DNA of 64,000 bases. It comes from Balanoglossus misakiensis. Lineage: Eukaryota > Animalia > Hemichordata. The DNA lies in the NCBI GenBank assembly GCA_040954595.2, contig CM082598.2, forward strand, positions 3,479,154 to 3,543,153, read 5' to 3'. The notes beneath the pieces are model-generated. The model saw only the letters and a list, made by a program, of their open reading frames with translations, did not search any database and had not been told where the DNA came from. A program made the translations under genes and the position numbers. Positions 1 through 13,672 of this stretch are shown here, in pieces. How positions within the stretch are numbered: the first letter of the stretch is position 1; each line of letters begins with the position of its first letter.

Positions 1-387
1 TGGTGTATATGACCGCTTTCCTTAATATAATAGGGATGACTGTGTTAGCAAATAATATATTAAGACTTTAGAACTATTAGCTACGATTACATGAACCTAA
101 CTTAAAGGAAGTGATTTAGAGGTGTGATCATCAAAGGCTGAGACCATAATGTAAATTAATCGAGCCTCCTACTTTGCAAGTTACAGGGTTGTGTCGCCAT
201 AAATTGTAGAGTTAAATTGTCTATGATGGTTTGAGCCAACAGTGGCATTCCGAGAGGACTGATCAAGGGAAATACAATGTACATGTATGTTCTCTAACCA
301 AGATGCATTTCATAGATTTTACCATCACTAGCAGTTCATTTTGGCATTGATATAAGTAATGTATTGGTGTGAGGGATATATACTCAC

Positions 388-2363
388 GCAGACATGAGGG
401 CAGCGCATCCCAAACACCATTGTTACACGTGATAGGATTAGTTCCTTCGATAGAATATCCAGGGTCACAGGTGAAGGTCAACGTATCACCGTGATTCATG
501 GAAGCTCCGGTTCTGACAGCGTTTGTTATGGTTCCTGGGTCAGAGCATCCAACTGCCGGATGAAAAAACATTAACGTATTCTAAAAATGTAAGATCTGTT
601 CCAAAGTATAGGCCTATATCACATTCCACTTTCTTCACAAAGTGCAAGACACACTGTGTTTACTTAAATGTTGTGGCATACACGGTCACAAATTTACGTG
701 CCGCAACTCTGCCGCATGCTTGCCGCAAAAAACAACTTCGTAAGGGAAGTCATCCTTGTCTCTCGTACTACAATTTTAAGTGGTTTAGGTTTTGAAGTCT
801 GTGGAACTTCTCATATTTGCACAAGAAAATAATCAGAATAAAAGGACTTACTTCCTGTGCCTTCGCAATATGTCCCTGTGAATCCAATGGGACACAAACA
901 TGAAAACCCACCATCTGAGCAGTCGGTCACGCATGTGCCGCCATTTTGACAGACAACGCCAGCACAACCTCCAATACTCATCTACAAAAGCATGAGAGAA
1001 AAGACATTTTAAATTCAGCACATCAGGACTATAGCAGGAGAAACTGACAATGACAGTATGTGATCAATTTCACCTTCAATGTAACTTAGTTTGGAAATTT
1101 TGTTACTTTGGAAAATATTGTGCTATAAAATAACTACCAACAGCTAGCTCCAGCTCATCTCCCTTTTATGGAAGCCAGTTGACAGTAGTCATTATTTAGT
1201 AAATTGTAAAGCACTCTTCTGCCTTTTCAGAAGTTATCATTCCAGTTGTTTTCAACTCACCATTGCAAGTTCATTGGCGACTTCGAAATAACTGGATCCC
1301 ATCTCCAACAAGAACTTGCTCGGGTCCACATCTTGACGACGGATGTTATTCAATTCACACGTACCGGAACTCTTTTTAAAATTCACTGACACGCATCCTG
1401 CTGTGTGCAGACACTTCAGACCGCAGCTTAACAAAGTCCCAGTTGTTGCCATGGAGATCATGTGTCCATTCAGAGTATAATCCGTAACTTTTTCTCTCAC
1501 GTAGATGTAATCCGTTAGTGCAGTTGGGCAGTAGTTTGGTTGGACTGAATGTGATAAAGTGATAAAAATTATGTAAATATTGTGATGATAATAATTTATA
1601 TAAAATCAAGAAAAACATTGATGAAATTCGATAAGTCTCTTACCTCCAACATCCTCACAGTATTTGCCTGTATACCCTGTTCTACAGTGACAGACAAACC
1701 CTTCATCAGAACAGTCACGATGGCAGGTTCCGCCATTTTGGCAGGTTATACCAAAACATGATCCACAGACCTATTTGAAAAAGACAAACTTGTGAGAACG
1801 AATGCATATTATATTGTGGTTGTGGCAAATCATTCGATAGCTACATGTAGATTCTGGTTGACCGCGGGTCTTCAAAACTATCAAACATTTATTTTGTAGT
1901 TCTGACACCAGTAATTGGCCAAAAATGAAGCCTTAAACCTTCTGGACACACCTGTACCAATTGACAGAGGAATGCCCCTTATGACTACCTGTGTAAAGAT
2001 CAGTTTCTTTAAGAATCAATTTTTACTTGTGGGCCAGCCAGTCAGTCACTGTACTGTGCTTTGTTGTGTAAAGACCGCCACCTACCGGTGCAGTGCCATC
2101 TGAAACTTCCAAATAGTTGCCGTCATCTTGAATAAACACGTGAAGTGGATTGGTGGATTCCCACTCCACGTTGTTCATTTCACAGACCCCTAAACTGTGC
2201 CGGAAGTTGAGCGATGCGCAATCGGGCATCCGCAGACATTTGAGTCCGCAGCTCAGCAGTGTCCCTGTGGACAGTGTCGAGATCACATGATCTTGAAGAG
2301 TGTACCCTTCTACTTTTTCTTGCACAGAGATGGAATCGGTTTCCATAGAGAAACAGAAGCAGC
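388..2363 (-). CDS. Partial extracellular mosaic protein: PAN/Apple-EGF-PAN/Apple-EGF-Sushi(CCP)
   Basis: Five phase-compatible AG/GT-bounded exons: 2363-2086 (PAN; TGTLLSCGLKCL..DCASLNF..GVCEMN), 1770-1644 (EGF; CQNGGTC..CHCRTGYTGKYCE), 1544-1261 (PAN), 981-852 (EGF), 552-388 (Sushi; CSDPG..FTCDPGY..ITCNNGVWDALPSC). Start exon not located. The gene either ends in a short candidate exon 258-221 or runs off the left edge. Confidence 0.88.
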
Positions 2364-5300
2364 CTATAAAGTAAAAGAAAATAGTTGAAGTCAGCTAGCC
2401 CTTGTAGACAGAGTTTACCATATAACAGATTTTAAATCTTTTCTTTCACAATAACACAAGTAATACAAACTTTGCACTGTGCATCTTATCAATGTATTAA
2501 TATCAATAGTTGGCATCTTAAAATTGTGTGTGTTTTTTAACGAATGTGATTGTAATGTCCCATCATTTTCCACTCATTTTAATGGTAATACCACCTATGA
2601 TTTTAATTGACACCCACATTGCAAATAAATTCGTACTACCCAACTTTATATCTAACTTTATATCTTGGATTAAAGAATTTCTATGAAAGTCAACAATATA
2701 TATTGTCACTCTTCAAAACTTGAGAGCGAAGAGCTCGACAGCTCATCATAAGGTGTTGTACTATACAATCGTGGTAATTTTGTAGTCCGGATAAGGCTAG
2801 AAGGAAAAGATATTAAAAGTTGTTTTTTACATATAGAAAGGGAAATCATCTTGACACATCGATGAATCTCAAGTAGCATCTGTAGATTGCGTAATTATTC
2901 ATACTTGAATTGAGAAATTACAGGTCTGATTACAATTTAGACTGCTTTGTGTTCGGCCGTTCTGATATATGAATGGTGAAAAATCGATTATTAAAGAGAC
3001 GTGTCGCTGACTAATACTTTATCACACTTTGCTGTTTATTGAATCAACAGCAGAAAGAGTCAGCTACTCGACAGACTTTTTATTAGTTTTTTTTGAAGTC
3101 CCACTCATCTCGTCAATGAAAATAAAACCCTAGTTTCATTTGTGTGAAATGTCAGAGTTTGCTTTTGATGACATCAGGAGCTTTGACTAATAACCCCCTT
3201 TTGCCAGATATGATTTTCATTTTATCAAGACATTAATATCCATCTAAATATCCCCTCGAGTCTGCGTCTCACTCAGCAATTATAATTTTACATAATATTT
3301 CATTTTGCATGCTTTTGTTACGACTGTTCCTGAAGTGTTATCATGAAAAGTCATTTTTCCACGACTGTCTAAAGGCACACATTGGTTTACAAACAGCGAC
3401 ATGTGATGTGTTGAGCATGCCTGTCACAAGACAAGATGTTAGTGATGATTTTAGATGACTATTTTCGTTGGAAGGCATGGTTTTGTTTGCCCAATTGTTA
3501 GGTAGCGACGCGTCAATTTTGTTGCACTCTTTTAAGATTATTTTTTTGAAAGACAACTTCTATTAAAACCAAGTATTGTATAAGTTGTGAATGTTGTAGA
3601 AGGATACGATTAATCCATGAAGCAATATACTTGTCAATTCTTCAAAAGTTTTATGCCCATTAAAGAAATCCCCACTTAACTCTCTGTGATGTAACGAATT
3701 TTGGATACATTTTTGTTTTCGTCTTAATGTACGAAAGTAAGGTGACAGTAAGAATGATACCAATACATTGAGTTCACATTTAATGCAAAAGGGTAAATTT
3801 CTTGAACATGTGTTGAATCTAAGCATATGAAACCAAGCTTATGTAGATCCTCAAGAACCTTGAAGTGTTCCTTGAAATATTCTAAGACGGAATACCAAGG
3901 AAGTTCCAATATTAGTGTTGCGATGGTAACAGTCTCCATGACAGCGCTTGCTTTTTTTCATCAAAGATTTAGAGCTTAATTGTGACTGAGGTCACCGGAT
4001 AAAGATGTAAACAAAGCAATTGTGAAACATGATATCCAAAGATATTGCATCAATTTATGACGAAGTCAGACGATAACTGAATTTAATAAAATGGATTTAT
4101 GAAAGATTCTGTAATTGGCGACATTGGCTTGGCAAAAACAACTTTAGTTGACGAAATTGATTTAATTTGTACTGAAAATGTGTAGCTTAGAGATATTTGA
4201 GGGAAAGCTACCAGATGTAATAAACACCACACAAGAAAAATAATGAATTAAAGTGCCTTGATGGAAATCTTATAAAAACAGCAATCAAATCTATCCACCT
4301 TTTCTTGACGCTTACTGGCATGCTGTGTTGAAATATTGTAAAGCTTAGAAAGTTTTTCCGGTGTCACAGGTTTATTTAACTTCAAGGATTTGTGTACGTG
4401 CAAGTTTGTTTTCTTAACATATTCAGGCCTTACCCTTATTTTTCTTAAGAGAAAACCACATTATCTGTAATTTGGCGCCAAACTCTCTGTTAACTCTACT
4501 GGAAAAATAATGACAGATTCATTGAAAGGGAATAATGAAGGCTCCAATTAGTTTTACATTTATTTCGTTAAAAATCGTATTCTTGGCTTCGGAAAGAATG
4601 ATTCTTTTTCTACAGACTATAGTGTATGCAGACATTTGTTGGTGTATAGATCAAACTTGAGTAGAATGTCCCATAGTTTAATTGTAGATGGTATGTACTG
4701 TGATGGTAAACTGTGGCGCCTGCAATGATGCTTGCTACATCACGAAACATTGTGACTGGGGGTTATTAGCATTTGCCGCGGTACACTTGAGTCCATGTCA
4801 ATAGATGCAATTATCCAGTTGACGAAGAAGGCTAGCGAAACTTGCAGAGACAAGGGGCCATTTCCTGCCCAGAAGCCCTCGACTGAGTTGATAGGTGACA
4901 CAAATACGAGTAACGAAGGGGAAAGTTTCAATTAGGAACAGTTTAAATGACTGCCGTACACGTTGTATGACTTATGTGGGCTTGTATCGCTGACAGTGGA
5001 CTTATTCACAAAGTGACTTGAGAAGTACCGTATGTCAGGTCTGAGTGTTTGCATTCAGATGTTGTTTGAAGTAAGTTTTGCACAAAGACCAGAATTTTTG
5101 TGGATGTAATTACCCTCTGAAATGGTATATCTCATTTGTTGACAGAAACCCATAATTCAAGTATCTCATGTTAGCCTGTTTCCATGTTTACGTTTTCAGT
5201 TGTTCAATCATGGTTTCCAACTGATTTATTTCCTGACTGTTAAAGTTTTTAGAATTGAAAAAAAATTAAACCATGAAAAAGTGAACATTGTGCCATGAAC

Positions 5301-8300
5301 ACTTACATTTATCTGCACATTAAGATCCAGCTTGCTGAATAATACATCAAAGAAAGTATATTAAGTGGCAATCATATTCACCCGTGAACATTAATTTATA
5401 TCAACGTCATGGAGATTAAACTGCTGTTAAATTGACTGATGATGTCATGTACACTAACAGCAATGTGTCTTGCAGCCATATCAAAAGTTAAGAATGATAT
5501 CTTTCCCCCACAATGGATATCAATGTCGCGGCACGATGATTTACAGAATATTTCAAGAACTTACTTTTCTGTATATCTCACCTGTATGGTTGTGCCTTCT
5601 TTCTCTGTCAGATGTGTTTTATGCATTCAAAATACGTCATATGAACATATGGCGGCCTTATATAATGTTAACAGTAACATTTTATGACCGAGTGAGCAGA
5701 ATGAGATGAGTATAAAATGTTTACATTGCAATTCCGCGAGAAAACGGTTTATTCAACTTGGTGGGAAATTTACATTTGCAATTATCGTTTGTCATGCGAG
5801 TGGTTTTCATCTGACCTTTTTAGAGTTGACATGCAAAAACTGCAGTTGTTTGGCGACCCACATTCAGTCTGCTCCATTTTTTGTCAAAAAAATCGGAGCT
5901 GACACAGTATATTAATTTAAATGACAGGTTCAAAGAAGCTTATCATCGCACAGAAATATATGAAGTGCTCCCCTCTTTGATGAATTTATGAAAAAGCAAA
6001 CAATTCCTGGTACCCTAAAATAATGGAACATCTTTTCAAGCGATGATGGGAACATTCAAATATCGCCATGTCTAGTAATGACTCAAGTGTTTAGCTTAAA
6101 CTCAAAATTAACATCGTAGCATCCAAGTCCAATTACACGATTTTAGAATGAAGTTTATAGACGTGCTCTGCATACTAAAATTGCGATTAAAATTCATGGG
6201 TGACTACCTATGCAGCCATCAGTACCCAATCTGCCAAAATTATTTCTGTGACAGTGTTGCCAACTTCTTATAATGGTGCTATTAATATCTCATGAATTTG
6301 TCAGTAATGGTTTCTATTAGTACAAACAGTAAGCGTTTTCAACTTATCAGGCTGTCATACTTACAATAGACAAAATCAACCTAAGAGTTGTTGTTTCCGC
6401 ATAAACTAATTGCAAAGTTTACATGTGCGATCATCCGTTAAAATAATCTGTATTTGCTGGTAGCTGGAAATTGGGACTGAAAATTCAACTCAGGGAAAGC
6501 TGTACTAGTTAACACAGCGATTTTGACAACTTTTGCTATGCAGAATTATAAGTTCAAATATATAAATTAAACTACACACAGCGTTGGACATTTGAACTAC
6601 TTTTTGGTTAACCTTTAAAACTGACGAAAATCAAAGGATTATTATGTATGGCCGCACGTCTAGCTATAACTGGGGTTTATTACACTCTAACGCGCAGCTG
6701 AGCGACTGAGATTTATTTCTCCAGATGGAAAGACGAAAAATGTATTTCATTTACTGACTTGAGAAAAAGGAGGCCACAAGTTCTGACCTCAGAGATGCTG
6801 TAATCTACATTGGAAAAGATTGCTGTGTTGTCTGTATTGCGATAAGCAATGCATGAGTATGCATGGAAATATGACACAGTATATCTATCACACTTTTTCG
6901 TGACTGTCCATCTTACATTTTGCTTACTGTATATATGATTCAGCATAATGATGCTTGCATTTGGATGACAGATAGTAAATCTGACAGCTTTTGTTAAATG
7001 ACACTGGACTGTTCATCAGGGGTCCTGTAGCAAACTTTTTTCTTAATTTTTCAGATTGCTTTATATATTTTTCGAGCAATATAGACTTTTAAGCACTTCA
7101 CAGGTAGATAGTAACTATGAGTCACCATCCATGCTTACCAAACACTTAACACTCTTCTAAGACCCAAATCAAAGATAGAAGAAAGAACAACGCTACACAT
7201 TTGCAATACAAGGACCACCACAGTCTCATTTTTATCAGTAAATATATTTGAAATACAAAACGGCTGGCAGATTCTTTGTTAGTAGGCGTGAAAATTATAT
7301 GAATGGTCTTTTCTCTCGATAGCCAAATAGTTTTCAAAGCGATTTCATGTGCGTAGAAGTCCAACAAAGATAGGATTAAATTTGAAAAGACTTTTTAAAA
7401 TATACCCCAATGGTATGGCTTATAACTGCATGCCTTGTTCACATAAAAAACTAGTTCAGTAAAATTTCTTGTGCGAGAATCCACTTTTACATAGAGTTTG
7501 ATGGTTTTACTGTTTACTTTAACTGCCGTGAAAGCGACCAAACGTGATGAAAATTGATCGGGGATAATCATTTTCAATGAAGTAATCCAAGGCATTTCCT
7601 GGATAAGTTGAGTAATATTATGACATATGTCTTAATGGCTGCTCTTTAAACTATTTGTGTTTTGTTAAGAGGTGGCTACTGTATTGGTTCACTAAATGAG
7701 GTTTTCTGTTGAAACTGTGACTGTGGGGAAAGAAGTGTTATTTACAACTTAGCCATTAGGGAGAACTTTCCACAACTGACTGCACATATGTTGCATGTAT
7801 AATGTCTTTTTGACAACTCTGTATATAGAACACTATTCCAGTTTCTCTTTCTGGTGGTGGTAGTTGCTTGAAAGTGGCAGTTTCCTATCCATTTGATTAG
7901 AAAGCATGTCAGTTTGCCGGGTGTAACATATGACGAGAGAAAAACTGTTGAATGGGGTATTACTGGGTGTGTTTGTGGTGGGGGACAGGCTTTAGTGTAC
8001 TCAGGTTTATAAATATAATGACCAGCTGAGAAATTCTGGTGCTGTGGTCATGTCAACCACCCAGACAATTGTGGCAAATTGCATTGGTTCAAGTATCCAT
8101 TAGTTTTTCAGATGTGATAACTGTATAATTACAGTACTTTAATATATGTCAAGGTTGCGCCAATTTTGAAACCACTTACAGAAAATAAGCTGTGGGTTCA
8201 AATGCCATTTTTCTCAAATTAGTGCATGCAGCTTTTGTGCCATCAGTAAAGGCCGCAACATCAAAAAGACATACGCTTAAGTTGCTGTTGACAATGAGAC

Positions 8301-11300
8301 AACTGCGTGCCTATGAATGAATTGCAATGTACTTGTGAAATTCCGCACTTGCCTGTTTCATCTTATATCCGACTTGGGATTTAATTATCCTTGTTAGCGT
8401 TTATATCAAAAACAGAGCATGTGACCAGGAAATGGAACAGCTACTGTATTTGACAAGAAAATATAATGTGACTGTGATATGATTTTCTGTTTAAAAGTAG
8501 ACATGCCTAACAAACTTTTATTATCAGAAGGGCACTTAGAAATTGTTCTTCGTTGTGCTTTTCATTGATGTAATTCGTAATACATTCATTGCTAAACGTA
8601 CTTTTAAACTAAGCTTTTTTTAACCAATACTATTTGCCCGTGTGTCCATGAACCGATTTGCTAATGTAAGGTTTACAGGAGTGAAAAGTCAACCTTTTCA
8701 CCCTGCTGTGTCGTAAACCGGTCCGCAGTGCACTTTGATTCCAACAAACGTTTTAATTCCCTTAATATATATAATAACCAGGCTGATCTTGGAGTTATAC
8801 AGAAATGTTAGTCAAAAATAAACTTATATAAAATGTACATTGCAATTTACAACCAGCTTGAAAAGTGCATTTTAGATCATATACAGCATACCAGTGCCGT
8901 CATAGGTGAGACAAATCTCATAATTTGGCGTCAAAATAACAAAATGCCGCCAAATATTAAATATTTTATTTCCGCACATATGTATGTCAACTGCTTTTAC
9001 GCGATTAAATTATACCTTGCTTTCACCATCTTATCTATTTAATTTTTGGCCTTCGGCAATTTGAAAACAGCAAGGCGACATTCAGGCGCCAAATATACTT
9101 AAAGATGTCCATAAGGAGGCATTTGTAAGATATATGAGTTACATCACTCACCGGATGTTAAATTTTCATATTTTTATACCACCTTTCACACCAGTATTCA
9201 CTAACAACATTTGTAAGAGATAGCAATACACTGTAATAGTTGAATTCACTTTTATGAGTTCAGTATTTTTGAAGTAACTAAAACTCAGGGGTGATCCCGA
9301 ACATAGTTGACAAGAACTAAATTCAGTAACATATTCTTGAAGAAATTATATAGAGCTACAGCCAATCCAAACTCACGGGGATATGATGAAATTGCACAAA
9401 TTTGAATATCCCCCTCCTAATATATTATTTGCACGATGAAACTATGTTCAGGACACTATAGTACAATAAGTTCTTTATAATTTCAATCTTAATAACCATC
9501 CAACTTCAGATTGATTCTAAACCAAAAGTGAGTATATTGATGAATGAGTCCTTCCTTTTTAAAATTAAGGAACAAAAACTTATGAAGCCCTTCTGAATTA
9601 ATACTGTTTATCCTACCTGCTATAAATTACCTCAAATTGCTCCCAGGGAAATATTCCATCCCAGTGTTTCCGATAGAGCTTATTAAAATACACAGAATTT
9701 CCCTGCGTAATTATAACATGTGGCGCGTTCAGTTAGATGTCACCAAATATCAACACCAACTGTGTTGGATTAACGAATTATTACTTTGCCCAAGGAAGCT
9801 ATAAATTGCCCAGTAAACCATAAAAGGGGCCTTCATCTGTTGAAATGAAAAGGTAATCGAAACGATAAAAATGCTTAAATCAATATTAAGAGAGCAGTGA
9901 TAAATTAAGTTGGTCTTTTTATGAGGTTGCTATCTTGTGATTGGACATCCGCAAGCGTGTTCAGCATCACTTTCTATGTTACATTGCTCTTTTTGAATCT
10001 TAGTATCAAGATGATGTAACAGGTGATGTTTGGACTTTTTGAACATTCTTGTTTTCAATAAAAGTCTTTCACTTGTCTTTAACATTCTTTTGGGCTTTCC
10101 TGCAGTAACTCAAGTTAGGGTAAATGCTTGGAACATCATATAAACAGTAAAAATAATTGATCTGTTTTAATTTTGATTTGGCTGTCACAGGCTTTTTTTC
10201 TGTAACTCAATTTTTTTTTAATTACCCATCTACTGTAACATCAGCGAGACATGGTTGAAGGTACATTTTTTTTCTTGAAAAAAAGTAAAAAGTAATGTTA
10301 ATTCTAATTAATCAGCTTAACTAGATGCAAATTATTATAGAATCAATTGGACTCATATAATTGGGTCATCAAAATAACCCTAATGCACGGTCATGATAAA
10401 CACATAAAATCAATTACTCACTGGGGTATATTGGACATCTTTGAGTGACTGAATACAGTATTACACCACAGAAGATCCGTCAAATTCAATAAAAGTGCGA
10501 TTCAACCCACTATATGCTGTGATTATAAAAGTGAACAAAGGTATTGATGGCTAGTGGCGATTAAATTCGCTTTTGATAGCTTGAAATCGTAACGTTGCCC
10601 ATTTCAATCTCAGGATAATTCTCTTGTTAACTCAATCAATCGTTCTTATGAAACCGCCGAAAAATCGAGATCGAAATTTGTGCCGTACAACCGGGGTTGT
10701 TTCATATTCGATTTATTCCCTCGCTTTGAGTTCGTGCTCTTGCATGTTGCATGGGTGTTTAAGTTGAAAGGACTTTAGTCAGCAGATTACGTCTGTCTGT
10801 CAACCTCTACATGATGGAAATTCCAAAGTAATGTGAGGCGTGCTTATTTTTTTATGCCAAAGCGCTGCTACCGAAAGGCGACTATTAAACAACACGAAAT
10901 GTTTTGAAAAGTTTTTGAAGGAACCTTTAATATCCTGTTCAGTTGTAATTAACACCTTCTGAGCGAGTATTTTCATACAACTCCACGTTGGTATGTGGGT
11001 GATAAACCTGACACTATACAACACATCCGGCAGACAGATATTGTCCAAAGTGATTAAAATCGATTCGACAGGAAACCTCTTAGTAAATGTACAGCGAGAC
11101 GGTTATCTGTGTGTGGTACATCAATTTGTATTTTCCAAACAAATAATTGAATTTTTATAGTTGTACTTCTATGTATACTGTCACTTAAAAATTACAAATT
11201 GTTCTTTTCACAGTCTGCACAACATGAACATTGCGATAACTTTGAATTTTAAATTTCTATAAGCCTAATAAAAATTGTTGAGCCCTAGTCCATGCTGATC

Positions 11301-13574
11301 ATATATTGTGTACCAACTCACTAGCATACTACTTACTTCCTTTCTTTAATGTACGGTCTGTGTCTTTTGTGATAAGGTTTTGTCATCAGAGAACCACTCG
11401 CTGTGCAATTAAAAAAATCTTAATTGAGTTTTTGAAATGATTGACACATATGGAAACCTGCACTTGAACTGTATAAGTGGTTCGTCTCACTGTTCTGCAG
11501 TCTGCATGGCAATTCCTGCTTGTTAGAAAATTACTATCTGTGCTCTGCTCCATGCTGGGTGAGCATGCCCCAAATTCTCCAGCAGAATCATGACCCAAAT
11601 GGTGATCATGTCTGCTTGTAACAAGTTAATACATTTAATCACGCATACAAATGGCATGCAGACTGATTAATGTTTGATGGTACAGATGAGTAATGGTCCC
11701 TTTTTCTAACAACAGGTTTTAAACAAAAAAAACATCACTCGATACCTTAAACAAGTGAAATTCTTTAAAATGAGGGATTTTAAATATAATTTTTTTTCTG
11801 GTTGTCAAGCTTGGGTGTTAGGATTCTAATGTTTCCAATTTTTTCGAAATGATTTCTTATCGGTGATGTCGTCGGAGAATGACAAACTGCTGCCGGAATT
11901 GGGGGAAATTTATCGGCGGATCTGTCAAATTTACATGCAGTGGGTCTCGTAAATAATGCAAGTCTATCGTGGTGAAAAGTAATTTTCAACTCTTAACAGA
12001 CTCAGAGTGATGCAAGTAATGTAGATGATTTCTCATGTCTGGCTGAGTTTACATCCGTTTTAACAGATGGACATTTTCTGGTATGAGGGAGGTCTGTAAA
12101 ATATAATTTCTAGTGCATTTTATTACATGCATAATGATTACAGTTTACAACAACATGAGTGGTTCTTTTTATGGATCATTTTGCCCAGCCAGCATGGTGT
12201 CCTCTTCCCAGGCACGAATTCCTGGAAATATATCATGATCAAGGTGGAAATTGCCAGATGTCTGTGGAATATAGTCGCTCACGTCTCACTCAACCAACCA
12301 GCGCATGTAAAGAAACATTCAATTGGGGATGTGAAGCGATGAGTTGCCATGTCAGACTCAACACTTCTAATGGCTCTGTGTTCTGCTGAGAATGTGCAGA
12401 ATTGCGTGAAATGAAGGCATTTCAAATGGTCAGTGCTCCTCTTGGTTTGTTTGTTGAGCTTGATATCCGAGCTTTCAAAACCAGTCAGATGGCACATGCC
12501 CACAGTCGTCAAGTGCTGGCATGCACTGGACCGATTTGTGAAAAATTGATATGAAGACTACCAAGTATACCCTCCCCTTCAAACCTTCAACGCTAGGATT
12601 ACCATATGCCCCACATTAGCACACAAACATATTTTGTTCAAGGAAACGTAAAGATCTGTAATGTGGCAGATGGTAACAGAGCGTTAGAAATGAAATTGAA
12701 TTCATTCATTCCAAGAAATGTTCTTACAATACTGAAAGAGCACCAAATGTCATAAAGGAGCAACTTTCATGTGTCTGCAATGTTTGCGACATCCATGAAC
12801 TAAACTATCAAAAAATTTAAAGCAAGCCTCAGTAATTATTTATAGGTATTATTAATTAAAATTTACTTGAAAGACCAACTGCTGTGGTCATATTAGCAAC
12901 ATTATTAAAGTACACTTGATTTCTTACTCATTTTATCTCCATTATTAGTTGTATCAATCTTAATATGTTCTCGTAACATACATATGAAGTATAGCAAGGG
13001 GCCATCGGTGTCGTAAATGTTGCTATTGCTTATCAAAATCTACAAAAGGTTTGCAATATGTTACCAGTAATTCATAGCGTGCAGGTAATATCAGAAAAAG
13101 GCCGACCATTAGATGTAGTGGTATATATGCTCTTTGTTGCGTGTTTTGCACAACCCTCTGGGTTTGATTCTGCCAACAGAGTACTTTCATCAGACATGAA
13201 GTGGTCCATGGTTGAATAACTCTTTTCAAAACTTAGTGATCACTCACACTGAGGAAGAACGGAGGTATCAAATGGCACGCCAACATCATGTCACCACATG
13301 TTTAGTGATTGTAGTCAAAGAATATGATGGTGGTCATGACAACTAAGAGGGGGCTAATTACTTTTACTTCAGCTGGATCCTCCTCCTCTTTCCTCTCCTC
13401 CCTCCCCACCTCCTCCTCTTCATCATTGCTGTCATTATCATCATCATTTTCGTCATCATCATAAGCTGAATTGCGAGTTTCTCAACAGAAGGAATGGCTA
13501 GAAATGGCAACTTTCCTATTTATATATACGTACCATCCTCTCGGAAGGAAATGTAAAAAAATTGGTATGATACT

Positions 13575-13672
13575 TTAACCCTTTCACAGGTCCCCCAGTT
13601 CCCTCTTTAGAGTTCCAACTTTACCATAGAAAAAAATGGGTTTGGACTTAACTATGGTGGTGAATAGGTTCA
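13575..13672 (+). mobile_element. piggyBac-like MITE, copy 1 (degenerate)
   Basis: TTAACCCTTTCAC...GGTGAATAGGTTCA; internal sequence shared with copies at 20223, 21890, 42820 and 58240. Confidence 0.7.

Noticed and set aside
3341-3960. Overlapping short minus ORFs with a faint kinase-like word (LEDLHKLGFICLD)
   Set aside because: No HRD/DFG/APE motifs in register and no splice support; too weak to call.
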